64,000 nucleotides of DNA. Source: Stegostoma tigrinum (taxonomy: Eukaryota). Below the pieces are notes generated by a model. The model searched no databases. It saw nothing but the letters and a program-made list of their open reading frames with translations, and was not told the origin of the DNA. Location: positions 17,608,001 through 17,672,000 of the forward strand of contig NC_081377.1 in assembly GCF_030684315.1 (NCBI RefSeq), written 5' to 3'. A program made the translations under genes and the position numbers. Shown here one piece after another: positions 1-12,600 of the stretch; positions within the stretch are counted from its first letter, which is position 1, and every line of letters starts with the position of its first letter.

Positions 1-94
1 CACCATGCCACTTTAAAACAATAATATCCTTTTATTAACCAATCTCAATTTTTGTGTAAAAATGTGAAAGATTTTGAAATATGAGTCAGGATTT

Positions 95-958
95 TATTAC
101 CTCTGAATGTAGGATAGTAGGTGAGGGAGGCTGTAAATTAACACTGCTGACATAGCTACCAAATTAAGAGGGACATTGACAAGTTGGGCAAACAGGCAGA
201 CAAATTTCAATACATAGGAATGTATTTTTGTAGAAGAAACACAGAGAGACAATGCAGGCTCATGGTATAACTTTAAGAGGAGTACTGGAGCAGAGAGACC
301 TCAGGGTGCAGGTGCATGATTCTCTGAAAGTGGCCAGGCAATTTGATCTGTTGTTTAGAAGGCTTATAGGATCCTTGGGTTTGTAAACAGAGGCAAGGAA
401 GTAATGCTTTACCTCTACAAATCATTGGTCAGACCATATTTGGAGTATTGTGTACAGTTCCAGATACTCGGTTTAGGGAAGGATGTTTAAGCCTGGAGAC
501 AGTTAAAACGAGATTTACCAGAAAGAGACGAGCAATGAGGAATTTTAGACACAAGGAAAGATCGGAGAAATTAGGCTTATTTTTCTTGGACCAGTGAAGA
601 ATAAGAGGTGACCTTGAGGCGTACAAAATTATGAACAATTTTGACAGGTTAAAGAAGGATATTCTGTTTCCTGTAGTTAGTATTTCAGTAACTAGGGTTC
701 ACAATTTCAAAATTGTCAACAAAAGGGCCTGTGAAATGAGGAGAAACTTCTTGACTCAGAGTTGTTAGGATTGGAATGCGCTACCTGGGAGATTGGTGGA
801 GGAGGATTCCATAGGGCATTTCTAAAGGGAGCTGGAAATACATTGAAAGTGATGAATTTAGAAGGCTGCAGAAATAGGGCTGGAGAATGAGACTAGCTGG
901 GTACCTCCTTCAGGAGCTGATATGGACACAATAGGTTGAATGGCCTCCTGTGGATCTC
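95..958 (+). mobile_element. Degraded CR1-clade LINE, 3' part of ORF2 and 3' UTR
   Basis: ttggagtattgtgtacagttc (LEYCVQF), ttcttgactcagagttgttagg and the end ggttgaatggcctcctg parallel the younger CR1 at 56561-58002. Confidence 0.85.
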
Positions 959-1689
959 CAACCAAAGCTAATAAACAGGCGGTTTATTGGCTGTGGGGTG
1001 AACCAGTCAAGCAGAGACATGCTTACCCCTGTCTTTTATGCGAGCAGGAGGAACCACTATGCCAAATATCAAATTCACCCTATTGTTTTCTGATTGGTGC
1101 TCAGGGATTTATGAAACTCCTGCCACTCTTCGCTGAATGGCAATTAGACTGCCACCCGAGGATACACTTGCTGCCCCAGTGGTCTTGTGCTCTTCCTCAT
1201 ATCCCCTTATGTCTTTGAGAGAGATAATCTGCTACAATGAAGAGCACCTGCATTTCCAGCTTGTACATAAACACTGTTCTCAATTCCAGCAAGCGACAAA
1301 ACTCATTATAGATACTGTGGTTGAAGATTGAGTTTGAACACTTGCTGTCCTTATACCACTGCTTGGGCATATAATGGATTTTTGCATTAATCAACTGTAA
1401 CACTTTCTCCCTGTACACAAGATGTTTTGGGATCTATTGAAAACAGAATGAGCGAAAACTTTGATGAACTCTGATGGCTCAGAAATGACAGAGGTACCAG
1501 ATGGGATAGGGAGACATTCAGTGCTTCCTTGTATATTCTGTTTGTGCTAAACTTGCTTTGAACTTAATGAGGTTTTCCCAGCTGCTTTGTCCTGTTTCAA
1601 CATGAACAAAGCAGTTGTCATGCAAATCAAGTATGTATGATATGAAAACATTGACCACCTGATTGATGGAACTATTTTATGTGTTTGCT

Positions 1690-2640
1690 GAACAGCTGAG
1701 AAAGTAGATTGTGCCTGAGTGGAGCATTGTATCGGCGCCGGGGTGGTTCACGATGATGCTAGCAGGGTAATGGCAAATTGGCAATCCCAATAATCTCAAC
1801 CATTGACCTTCTGCCTGACCTATTTCCTGGACTTCTGCCTTCATCCTTCCCCCGCCCCTCCCAGAATCCTTGTCCTCAATTTTCAATCCACTGGCCTCCA
1901 TGTCCGAAGGATCATCCTTCACCATTTCTGGCACCTCCAGCAGGATACCACCTTCAAGCATATCTTCATCTTCCATTCACTGTCAGCATTTTGAAAGAAC
2001 CGTTCCCTCTACGAGACCCTGCTCCACTTTTCCGTCACTCCTGATACTTCCTCATTCCTGCATGGCAACCTTTCCGTGCAGCTGCAGAAGGTGCGACACT
2101 TGCCCATTCACATCCTCCCGCCTCACTAACCAAGGGACAATTCACTTTCCAGGTGAAAACATACTTCACATGTGCATCTTTCCATCTTGTTTATAGCATT
2201 TGCTGCTCGGAATTCAATCTCCCTTACATTAACCTGATAAGACACAGACTGGATGATGGCTTTGCAGAACACCTCTGCTTAATCTGTAATATGACCCTGA
2301 CCTTCCAATTGCTTTCTGTTTCAAGAAACCTCCTTGCTCTTAACCATCATTTCTATCCTGGGCCTGCTACAGTCTTCCAGTAAAGCTCAAGTCAAGCTAG
2401 AAGAACAACATCTCATTTTTACAAAGGCAATATCCAGCCTCTAGGACTTTATAGAAGTGCACAACTATGACCTCTGTCCTCCATTTTCACCATTTTCAAA
2501 GCCATTTGGTTCTGAAGAAGTGACATATTGGACTCGAAGCATAAATCCTGTTACTGTCACCCCAGATGCTGCCAGACCCGCTGAATTTCTCCAGCACCTT
2601 ATTTTTATTTCAGATTCCCAGCATCTGCAGGATTTTACTT
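1690..2640 (+). mobile_element. Old Penelope-like element (Neptune-type), 3' fragment with terminal repeat
   Basis: Remnant CSCRRCDTCPF and FTCASFHLVYSICCSEFNLPYI (Cys linker plus GIY-YIG start). Ends in a degenerate hammerhead core ctgaagaag..gactcgaag at about 2511 and the gatgctg..cagcatc tail. Confidence 0.8.
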
Positions 2641-2837
2641 TTAATTAGCCTGCTGTAACAACTGGCAAAAAGTGCAGTGAGAAATCTCTTTTCCATTGCA
2701 AATTGAGGGTCTAATGAAGTGATAATTGGACCCCGCTGGCAACTCAAAGGGATACAATAGCAGAATGTTCAGTCGTTCCACTGTACCCATGTCTACCTGC
2801 ATTCCCCTTCAGAAAGAACCATGAAATTTTTAAATAG

Positions 2838-2936
2838 TTTCGGAAGAAGGGCCTAGGCCCGATACGTCAGCTTTCCTGCTCCTCTGAAGCTGCTTGGCCT
2901 GCTGTGTTCATCCAGCTCTACACCTTGTTATCTAAG
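2838..2936 (+). mobile_element. Short PLE terminal-repeat insertion (family A)
   Basis: gaagaagggcctaggcccgatacgtcagc..caccttgttatc; TSD atttttaaatag at 2826-2837 and 2937-2948. Confidence 0.85.
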
Positions 2937-3107
2937 ATTTTTAAATAGCCTTTTTTTCTACATATTCCTCCTGACTCCATAAAAATAACTTAAGTGCTGT
3001 CTTCCCTCAATGTACATCAGCTCAAGCTAACATCACCAACACCCCTCAAAGGACCCAGGACTCTGCTGGCAGTGCATTCCCAAAGCCAAGGGTGGGAAAG
3101 ATGCTTT

Positions 3108-3282
3108 AGGAGAGCAAGCTAACGTTTCGAGTCTAGGTGACTGTTCATCAGAACCAAGGCCAGCTGTGATGAAGAGTCATCTCGACATTAGCTTCCTGTC
3201 TCTCCATGGATGCTGCCTGACTCACTCTGATCACTAGCATTTGTTATTTTCAGCACAGATTCCAGCATGTACAGTAATTTGG
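3108..3282. mobile_element. Short inverted PLE terminal-repeat insertion (family C)
   Basis: Minus-strand hammerhead core CTGATGA..GACTC GAAACGTT at 3121-3151, followed by a + strand degenerate copy with gatgctg..ccagcat tail. Confidence 0.7.
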
Positions 3283-3527
3283 TACTTTAGGATGCTAATT
3301 TCTTGTCTGTACCTCACCTGTTAGATCTTAATGGCATCAAAGCCACAGAATGCAAATATCCAGCCAGCACCTTAACATATCAGATGCTACAAGGTTGCAA
3401 ATAGGGAGCTCAGAAAATGCTCAAAGAAAACCTATTCCAGATTCAGACAAATTATTGTTCATTTATTTCATCTGATTCCAAGTTCCAAAGTAGATTTTTC
3501 CATTTGTTACTTTTCTATTTTTTATGG

Positions 3528-3881
3528 AGTGAGACAGTGGCTCAGTGGTTAGCGCTGCTGCCTCACAGCACCAGGTTCGATTCCACCCTCAGGCGACTGT
3601 CTGTGTGGAGTTTGTATATTCTCCTCATCTCTGCTTGGGATTTCCTCTGGGTGCTCCAGTTTCCTCCCACAGACCAAAGATGTGCAGGTCAGGTCGACTG
3701 GCCATGCTAAATCGCCCTGTGGTGTCCAGGGATGTGCAGGCTAGGTGGATTGGCCATGGGGAATGCAGAGTTAAAACGATACGGTGGGGAGTGTGGATCA
3801 AAATTGGATGCTGTACAGCGGGGGTCATTGTCAACTCGATGGGCTGAATGGCCTGCTTCCACATTGTAGGGATTCTATGAT
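3528..3881 (+). mobile_element. HE1-type tRNA-derived SINE
   Basis: A box tggctcagtgg, B box ggttcgattcc, V-domain-like tgtgtggagtttg..ttcctcccaca, CR1-like 3' tail gggctgaatggcctgcttcc..ctatga. Confidence 0.88.
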
Positions 3882-4189
3882 TTGTATCCTGGAATCTGTC
3901 GCTGAGACATATGGAAACACTTGGTCAGCATTTTCATCATTTGGATATGTGTACACGTTCAGCCCTGAAAGATGGGATTTATCTCTGCTTAGAAACCAGT
4001 CCATAGGTTTTTATTTTCATTTACAAGAACTTTGAATGGGTCATGGAGCTCTCACTCATTCCAGTAACATGGCACTTGTTTTGAGATTAAATACATTAAA
4101 AACAGATCAGCTGTTAGAGTAACATAGTGACCTGTGAAAATTGTGCCCCCCCCCACCAAAATCCCAAAAAGGCATCCAATGCAAGCCCT

Positions 4190-4285
4190 CGAGATAACAC
4201 AGTGTGGAGCTGGAGGAACACAGCAGGCCAGGCAGCATCAGAGGAGCAGGAAAGTTGATGTTTCAGGTCAGGACTCTTCTTCAGA
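4190..4285 (-). mobile_element. Short PLE terminal-repeat insertion (family A)
   Basis: gagataacacagtgtggagctggaggaacacagcaggcc..ctcttcttcaga; hammerhead core on minus strand at 4257-4284. Confidence 0.85.
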
Positions 4286-5528
4286 TAATTTGGTTTCATC
4301 AGGCTGTATTCCTGGTTCTTGAAGTCTCCCCATAACCGCCAACCACTTCCCATACCCATCCCACCATCACCTGAGTGAGGAAGTGATTTGAGTGCTCCCT
4401 GGGAATCAGAGGAAGTGGAAGGGAAAATGGAAAATATTGTTTTAATTTATAATTTGCAAGTATTGTTTTGATAAATAATTGGCAAGCACAGGTGTAATGA
4501 ATTGAGGCATATGAAAAATTAAGGATTTGTTTGACCAAATGTCTGGGGATCAATGGTTGCATGAGATTGACTAATACTCAGGTATTTACAGGTATTGGAA
4601 GTCCTCTATATGTGTGCAGCTATACACATCACAGCAAGCAGTCAATGAAAAACAGCAAATTCAAACTTCCTGCTGAAAATCCCAGTATCTGAATTCACAA
4701 CATAGAGTGTTCAAACATTCTGCATGTATGCCAAAATTATAGTAACAGTTTTTTAAAATATTGAGTAGGTTGAAGATTAGCTGATAAATATGGTGGCTGC
4801 ATGATGGTTTATGCATAGTATAAATTACAAACAGCAACTTAATGATAAAAGCGAAAGTAAACATATTTTAGTATGTGAATTTATGTTAATGGGAATGAAT
4901 GCCAATGAGGTTCTGCAGTTCAAGATTGACGGTAGTTACAGTTCAGTGAGATTATATTCATACAGTTCTTAGATGAAAATGGCCATGAAGTAGGAAATGT
5001 ATTATTAATCTGCACTACCACAGGATCTAGATGCCATGAAGGGAGATAACTCAACATACATTAATGTTCCTTAGTCATTTTTATTCACCATTTATATGCC
5101 TTAACAATTGCTCTCTGAAGCATCTTATTAGCAGACTTGAATTCAACTTAGCAACTTCTCCCCCCCACCCCAAGCTGTGAACAAAGAAGGGAGTTCTTTA
5201 TTTTCACTCTCTATATGTCATTCCCCATGGCCTGATGGTTTTACTATGGGGTATTGAAGGAAATAAGGCCCAAGAATTACCCCAGTCACTGAAGTGACCC
5301 CCTGTGCTATTTTTACCAAATCCGAACACTTTTTTTTGAGATAAAGGTACAACTCAGTTTGGGCATGAGTTTGCTTGATTACTGTTGAAGGACCATGAAC
5401 ACATCTAAAACGAGAACTTCACTCCACTAACCTGTATGACCCAGTAACCTACGTGACAGACAAGGAAGAGGAAACAGAATAAAACTCCCTCAATATCCAT
5501 CTGTTCACTGAGTGCTCATGCAGTGTAT

Positions 5529-6653
5529 TGTTGTGAAGGTAGATGCATGTGTTTTGAAAACCTCCATTAGTTTGTTGTCAATTTAAAATTACCAACAGCA
5601 GATTTTAATGGATTTAAGCAAAGGGAATTATTTATTTACATACTCACCCAAAGCATCAAAAGCTACATCAGCCATCTACCACTCGTTCAAGAATGATCCA
5701 ATTACAAAAGTGTATTTCTATCAGAATTAACCATAAGGGTTGGTAACAATCTAATATCCTTGTGAGTTCAGTGAAGCAGGAAGCTTTTTCCCATTTTAAA
5801 ATTGTATTTCAGTTAAGCTCAGGTGGCCAGAGTTGAATATCTGGATTAGCTGCAAGATTCCTGTGAAGAGAAGGCTGCGCAGCAGGTCCTGTGGACGGGT
5901 AAATAAGGTTGTTGCATCAGGAGGACCAATTTTGTTACATTGGAGCTTCAGAATCAGGCTAAGAAGTTTTCTTTTAGAAAGACTCTCAGTTTCTTGGGTA
6001 TTGTAAAATAACCGTGGCACAGCCTTTCTCTGCAGCTGTTGTCTTGTTGCTGTCATTCTACACACAGCCCCAAGTCTGTTCATAGTTTTGGGATGAAAAG
6101 ATTTCAGGAACAGAGAGCCAGATCCAGCTGAATTGTCAATGATATTCAATATCAAGTGAGTGGTGGTCTTTCACACTTGTGGTCTAATCAGAACTGCAAC
6201 CTAGAGATTTGGATTGTAGGGATCTATTGCTCTGGATGTTGGAATAAGCTGCAAACCAGGGCAGGTATAAGGTCCTCAAAGGGGCACTCTTAGGCACGTA
6301 CATTGGTTATTTTTTTCTCTGAACTATTTCAAATTCAATTTTGAATTTGGATGGCTAAAACTGCCTGTGTTTTCTAGCTTCCTTAATGAGTCACTGTGGT
6401 CTAGGCCTTGCTAGGCTTTCTTTAAACCAGGCCATGCCTATTATATTTCAAGTTGTAGAAGTAGCCTTAAATAGACACTGTTACTTTTCTAGTCTGTTTG
6501 AAATCTAGTTTCTCAATTCATTTTGCCCTTGATTCTTCTGATATCACCAAATTGGCTTTTTCAAACCCCCTTGCCACCACATTCTTGCTTTTTTTAAACT
6601 TCCCTGAGATCAGTTGTAATGATGCAATTATTCCTCCAATCCTGGGTTTGACA
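5529..6653. repeat. Possible solo LTR-like repeat
   Basis: TG..CA candidate ends and LTR-like composition; no TSD or ORF seen. Confidence 0.25.
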
Positions 6654-6684
6654 AATCATCAGGTTAGCAAACAGCTCTAATCAT

Positions 6685-7042
6685 ATAATCCGTATAGTAT
6701 GAAAGCAGGCCATTTGGCCCATCGAGTCTCACCAAAGTCCTCCAAAGACCATTGCACACAGACCCAAACCCCCTACCCAGTTTTCTAACCCTGTATTTCC
6801 CATGGCTAATATGCCTAGCTTGCACTTCCCTAGACACTATGGGCAGTTTTACCATGGTCAGGCCATCCAATTTGCACATCTTCGGACTTTGGGAGGAAAC
6901 TGGTCTACCCAGAGAAATCCTACAGAGACATGAGGAGAATGTTCAAACTCTTTACAGACAGTTGCCCGAGGATGGGATCGAACCCGGGTCCCTGGCGCTA
7001 TGAGGCTGCAGTGCTAGCCATTGAGCCACCGTGCCACCGTGC
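6685..7042 (-). mobile_element. HE1-type SINE
   Basis: Reverse complement has cacggtggctcaatggctagcactgc, B box ggttcgatccc and the same body as 3528-3881. Confidence 0.88.
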
Positions 7043-7157
7043 TGTGCTGTTGGGAAGAATTTAAACCGGCCTGATAGGAGGAGGGGAACCTGAAAGAGTA
7101 TTCACATAGGCCAGTAAGAAAGCTGATATGATTGAAAGAAAACTAGTATGCAAAATT

Positions 7158-7315
7158 AGAACAAAAACAGAAGTTGCGAAAAGCTGGGCAGGTATGTCAG
7201 CATCTGTGATGAAAATGTCAGAGTTTACATTTCAGGTCCAGTGACCTTGAGCTTTTCCAGAAACTTCTGATCTTGTTCCTGATTTGCAGCATCTGCAGTT
7301 CTTTTGGTTTTTATT
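7158..7315. mobile_element. Short inverted PLE terminal-repeat insertion (family B)
   Basis: Inverted arms aacaaaaacagaagttgc / gaaacttctgatcttgttc, tail cagcatctgcagttc; TSD tatgcaaaatt at 7147-7157 and 7316-7326. Confidence 0.75.
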
Positions 7316-7924
7316 TATGCAAAATTGGAAGACCCTAAATAAATGACAGCATCACACTTGTCATAAAAATGGAAAGCTGCTATCAATGCAAAATTAAGAG
7401 CACTTTATATGAATGGTCGCAGCTTTTACGACAAGGTAAATGGGTAGACAGCAAAAGCAGACGTAAATAAATATGATCTGTTTGCCATTGGAGAAACATA
7501 GCTGCAGAGTAACCAAAGCTCACAACTGAGTGTTCAAGGATATTTGACATTTAGGAGCAAGAGGTTAAATAAAGAAAAGATAAAATAAAGAAAACACTGT
7601 TACGAGAGGATAAAACCAGTGCATTGGTGAGAGAGGATCTTAGATCGGAAGGTCAAGATTTTGAATTAGATTGGAGAGAACTGCAAAACGTCCAGGGATA
7701 GCTAACATTCGTGGGAGTTCTTCATAGGTCACCAAACAATCATGATAAGGTAGGACATGGTAAGAAAGAGAAAAGTAGAGCTGCATTTAATAAGGGTAGT
7801 ACAGTAACCACAAGCACTTCACTGTACATTTAATTAGCTCCAATTCTGTAAATGACAAATTCTTGGAACAAGGTCATTTGTGTAGAAAGAGTGACCATAA
7901 TATGATCGAATTTTATGTTAAATT

Positions 7925-8260
7925 GTGGGAAGGCAATGGCATAATCCAAAGTCATTGGACAAATAATGACTCATCCAAGCATGGCACAAAATGCATCTAG
8001 AATTCAATAAAACAACATTGAATTAAAAGCTGGGCAAATGGCAACCATATAACCACTGTTGATTATCATAAAAATCCATCAGGTTCTGTAATGTCATTTA
8101 AGGAAGGAAATCTTCTGATCCTATCTGGTCTGACCTTCATGTGACTCCTCATCGTGGCTGACTCTTAACAACAATCTGAAACGGGAAAGTACTCAGTTGC
8201 AAGCCACTTAGCGATGGGCAATAAATATTGGCTCTGATCCCATTAACAAATATAAATAAA
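7925..8260 (+). mobile_element. Elasmobranch SINE whose 3' tail matches the LINE ending at about 36313
   Basis: ggaaggaaatc..catgtgactcc..gatgggcaataaat; related copies at 25895, 28058, 30835 and 56098. Confidence 0.7.
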
Positions 8261-8847
8261 AGTTTGTAAGTGTAGAGTTCAATTCAAAATGATGGCTTAA
8301 CTCTAAACAGAAATAACCTGTGGTAGATTAGGATAGGTAATTGTGAGATTCAAAGTATTAATACACATTTTATAACAAGCATATATTTCTTCGTGACACA
8401 AAACCCCAACAGGAAATGTGATCCATCAGTGGCGAACAAGAAAGGTTAAGGGAGGTTTAGAAAATTGCCAAAACATGTGGTAAGACTGAAGGTTGAGTAT
8501 TTCAGAATTTAGTAAAGGAGAACCAAGAATCTTATAAATGAACAGAAAATAGAATATTAAACTAAACTAGTGGAAAACATGAAGCTCATTATAAAAGTTT
8601 CTATTTGAATGGAAAAACATACAAAAATAACAAGATTAGCACATACAAATGTGGTACCATTACAGGAAGAAAGAAGGTACTTATGAGGGATACTAAGGAA
8701 ATGGCAGAGATAGTAAACAAATACTTTGACCCTTTCTGGAGGCAGATGCAAAAGGATTACCAAAATTACTGGAGAACCAAGGGACTGATGAGACTGAGGA
8801 ACTGAAAGACATCAGCATTTGTGAAACAAAGCGATACTGGAGAAATG

Positions 8848-8972
8848 TGATAATGGGAACTGCAGATGCTGGAGAATCCAAGATAATAAAGTGTGAGGCT
8901 GGATGAACACAGCAGGCCAAGCAGCATCTCAGGAGCACAAAAGCTGACGTTTCGGGCCTAGACCCTTCATCA
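8848..8972 (-). mobile_element. Short PLE terminal-repeat insertion with intact minimal hammerhead
   Basis: Minus strand CTGATGA AGGGTCTAGGCCC GAAACGTC (8946-8973); 15-bp TSD gatactggagaaatg at 8833-8847 and 8973-8987. Confidence 0.9.
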
Positions 8973-9161
8973 GATACTGGAGAAATGAATGGGATTGAAT
9001 GTTGGTAATTCCCCTAAACCTGATGATCTACATCCCAGAGCATTAAAAGAGACGGCTGATGAGATAGTGAATTCATAAGTAGTTACCTTCCAAACTTCCA
9101 CTGATTTTGGAATGATTCTTTTAGATCAGAAAATAGCAAATGTAATCCTGCTATAGAAGAA

Positions 9162-9163
<2 letters not shown>

Positions 9164-9197
<34 letters not shown>
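9164..9197 (+). repeat. (GA)n microsatellite inside CR1
   Basis: About 17 GA units at the purine-rich KKGGRE-coding position of the CR1. Confidence 0.95.
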
Positions 9198-9200
<3 letters not shown>

Positions 9201-9387
9201 TTGTGAACTAGAGATCTATTAGCCTAATATCATTAATAAGGGAAATTTTGGAAATCTATTGCGCAGGATCTGCTAACTGGAAAGGCACACAATAAAGGCA
9301 ACATTAATAGTTCACATTGATTTATGAAAAACAAATCATATTTGACAAACCTTCTGGAGTTTTCTGAGGATGTAACTAGCAGTTTAG

Positions 9388-9607
9388 GAGATAGTAGGAA
9401 CTGCAGATCCTGGAGAATCTGAAATAACAAGGTGTAGAGCTGGATGAACACAGCAGTTCAAGCAGCATCATAGGAGCAGGAAAGCTGACGTTTCGGGCCT
9501 AGACCCTTCATCAGAAGAAGGATCTAGGCCCGAAATGTCAGCTTTCCTGCTCCTATGATGCTGCTTGGCCTGCTGTGTTCATCTAGCCGTACACCATGTT
9601 ATCTCTT
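9388..9607. mobile_element. Palindromic PLE terminal-repeat insertion (family A)
   Basis: Two head-to-head arms meeting at cccttcatcag/aagaaggatctaggcccgaaatgtc; TSD taactagcagtttag at 9373-9387 and 9608-9622. Confidence 0.9.
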
Positions 9608-12600
9608 TAACTAGCAGTTTAGCTAGGGGGAAGCAGTGGATGTGGTGTATTTGGATTTTCAGAAAGCTTTCAATAAGGTCCCGAACATGAGGTTGCCAAA
9701 CAAAATTAGAGCGTGCAGAATTGAGGATGGTATACTGAATTGTGAACTGGCTAACTGGCAGAAAACAGACAGTAGGAACGAACAGGTAATTTTCAGGTTG
9801 GCAGCCTATAATAGTGTTCAATATAGACATCAATAATTGGGACACAGGATCCAAAAGTGACATTTCTGCAAAAGAACTAAGTGGTAATGTGCATTTTAAG
9901 GGAGACGCAAAGAGACTTCAGCAGGTTTAGAACGGGCTAAGCAGCTGGGCAAAAATGCACAGATCCAACATACTGTGGAAAAGTGTGAAGTTATCCACTT
10001 TGGTGGCAAAAACCAAACTCTCAAACTGTCAGAGATTCAGAAGTATTGATGTCCAGTAGGATCTTGGTGTCCTCATTTGTGTATCTCTGAATGCTGCAGC
10101 TAGCAATTGAGAAGCTAAGTAGTAGATTGTTTAATCAACCCGTCCAGGCATGTTATGACACATCTTTGAAGCAGTTGGGACTTGAACCCTCCATTACCAA
10201 TGTGTCTCAAGAAATCCAGAATGTAATTGACATGTTGGTCTTCAAAAGGATTTGATTACAGAAGTAAAGAGGTCTTCCTTCATATGTATAGAGCTTTGGT
10301 GAAACTGCTCCTGGACTATAGGGTACAGTTTTGGTCTAATGACTGAATGAAATATATACTTCCATAGCGGGGTTGCAGTGCAGATTCATCAGCCTGACTC
10401 CTGGGTTGGTGGGATTTTTCTGCCAGGAAATATTGAGGAGACTAGGTCTGTATTGTCTTGCATTTAGAAGAATAAGAGGTTATCTGCTTGAAGTTTTAAT
10501 AAAGTTTGGCGGTGTAGACGGAGGAAAGATGTTTACCCTGGCTGGGAGAGTCTAGAGCCAGGGGACACCAGCTCAGAATAAGGGGTAATGTATTTAGACC
10601 TGAAGTGAAGAGGAGTTTTTTTCATTCAGAGTTTGGTGAATCTTTGGAATTCTCTACCCAGTAGGCAGTGGATGCTCAGTCATTGGGTATGTTCAAGAAT
10701 GAAGGGATATGAGCATAATGACAGAAAATGGTGCTGAGATAGAAGGGCTGCCATGATGTAGTTGAATGACATAGCAGGGTAGAGGGCTGAATGGCCTACT
10801 CCTGCACCTATTTTCTATCCCAGCGATAGAATTCTCAAGGAGAACAATCACTTACTTATTAATGATTGAGAGACAAATTGTCTGTCATGCGGTAAATGAG
10901 CAGCCTCACACTTAGCTGTTTATCATATTTGCTTCACCTCAGTTAGCACAAATTTGAAAATGAAAATTCTCAAAATGCCAAATGATTCGATCAATAGAGC
11001 ATCACCTTTCTCTCTGGCTAGACTAACAAGCATGTGCTTCTAACTGAGCAACTGGCAGCCACAGTAATTTCCATCAGCAATGCCATTTATCATCATGTAA
11101 TGTGTCTCATACACAGTGCTCTGATCCCTTCAAACAAAACAGCCACTTCTTTACTTTGACAAAAGAAGCTAATTATTAATGTTTTAATTAAATTACCCTG
11201 CTTGGTAAAGGAGAAGAAATTGAGAGCAGTGTGAGTCCACAATTTAATATCTTTTTAATTTCAAACCATCATTGAGGAGGCTGATATACAACACCTGAAG
11301 CCTCGGATTAAATGATAGCTTATTATTCACTTTCCATCAGCTATAATTTCGTATTGTGTGGGCTCAGATATTAATAAGGTAGAAATCAAGCTGAGTGTAC
11401 ACAAAGTGAAGAGATCTTGATTAAAGATTGTGAGACATTATAAGAATAATGGCAACTCCCGATTAAGGGAATGGTAACATAAGAATATGACTTGTATTTC
11501 CAGTAGAGAAGTCTAATGGAGTTAAAGGTCCAATTTAAATGCTCCACACTTATCCCAAATTTAGCCATAGCAGGGCGTCGATATTTTCTAACTAACCTGT
11601 TCAGAGACGCTATTACTCACCTGAGTAAGTGAGACTTGAACTCAGGCCTCCAGGCTGATATTGCCACTGGGGTATTCAGATACTTGCCAGTCATGGCTTT
11701 CAATCCCTCAGTTGAGAGTGTGAAGCCTCATCCAAAGGCCTTATTTACAAGCATATGTTTGATGGCCTCTCTCAGACTTCAGCAATATTTGCAATCATGC
11801 AGTTGCATGTTTGACACCAAGTTTGGGGTCCAACAGAATGCCAATCACCAATAAGAAAGAAACTGAAGAAAATTAGTAAAGCATAAAAATGATTGACATT
11901 TGTCAGAGTTGGGTCACAGCTTAAAATCAGACCACTGATCCTTGCTGTCTGTGTTTAGGGTTACTGGGAACCACTTTGGCTAATCTCTAGTGCTGGTCTT
12001 CTCCCATGATCATACAATCTTACCTGCCAGCAGCAGATCATTGACATTGGCTAGTCAATCGGGAACCAGAGCTAAGTTACTTAAATAGGGCACAGGAGTT
12101 AAGAAAATCCAGTTCTCTGTAAGCTGGACCTAATGCTTAACCAGTCCACACCAGGCTCTCCCCTTGCCCTCAGTTAAACTTATTTCAGACCCAGACAAAA
12201 CACATTGGAGCCAGATAAATATATTTACATGCAATAAGCCTGTCTGAACAAGGAAGTCTGAATCTGGAGCCAGATTCTCTTCTATGAAGTCATTTTCAGA
12301 TAAAAATTGAACTGCCTTCTGTAGAAATGGGGTTGCAATTGGGTCAAGGCATCTATAAAACTGCAGATAAAAAAAAGTAATTGGAAAATGTATGTACTGT
12401 AGTCCAGTCCCATCATTCATTCAGCTGTGAAAAATCCAGCAGCAACCTATATTTCACACAGAAATGATTAAGACATGTAAAATCTTCAAATGGCTCTTAC
12501 TGATTTTTGGCAGTGGGTTCACTATATTTAATGCACTGAGCATTAAAAACAGTATAATGTATTGCTGCTTTCTCCATGGATCAGAATTATATTTAACATT

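Larger units (their letters stand above)
7050..10820 (+). mobile_element. Long degraded CR1 LINE ORF2 (EN to RT to 3' end) with nested insertions
   Basis: ORF 9636-9836 DVVYLDFQKAFNKVPNMRLPNKIRA; ANV..KKG segment at about 9135-9165; CR1 3' end gggctgaatggcctactcctg at about 10790. Confidence 0.88.

Noticed and set aside
3528-3590. tRNA gene at A/B boxes
   Set aside because: It is the head of an HE1-type SINE and does not form a full cloverleaf.
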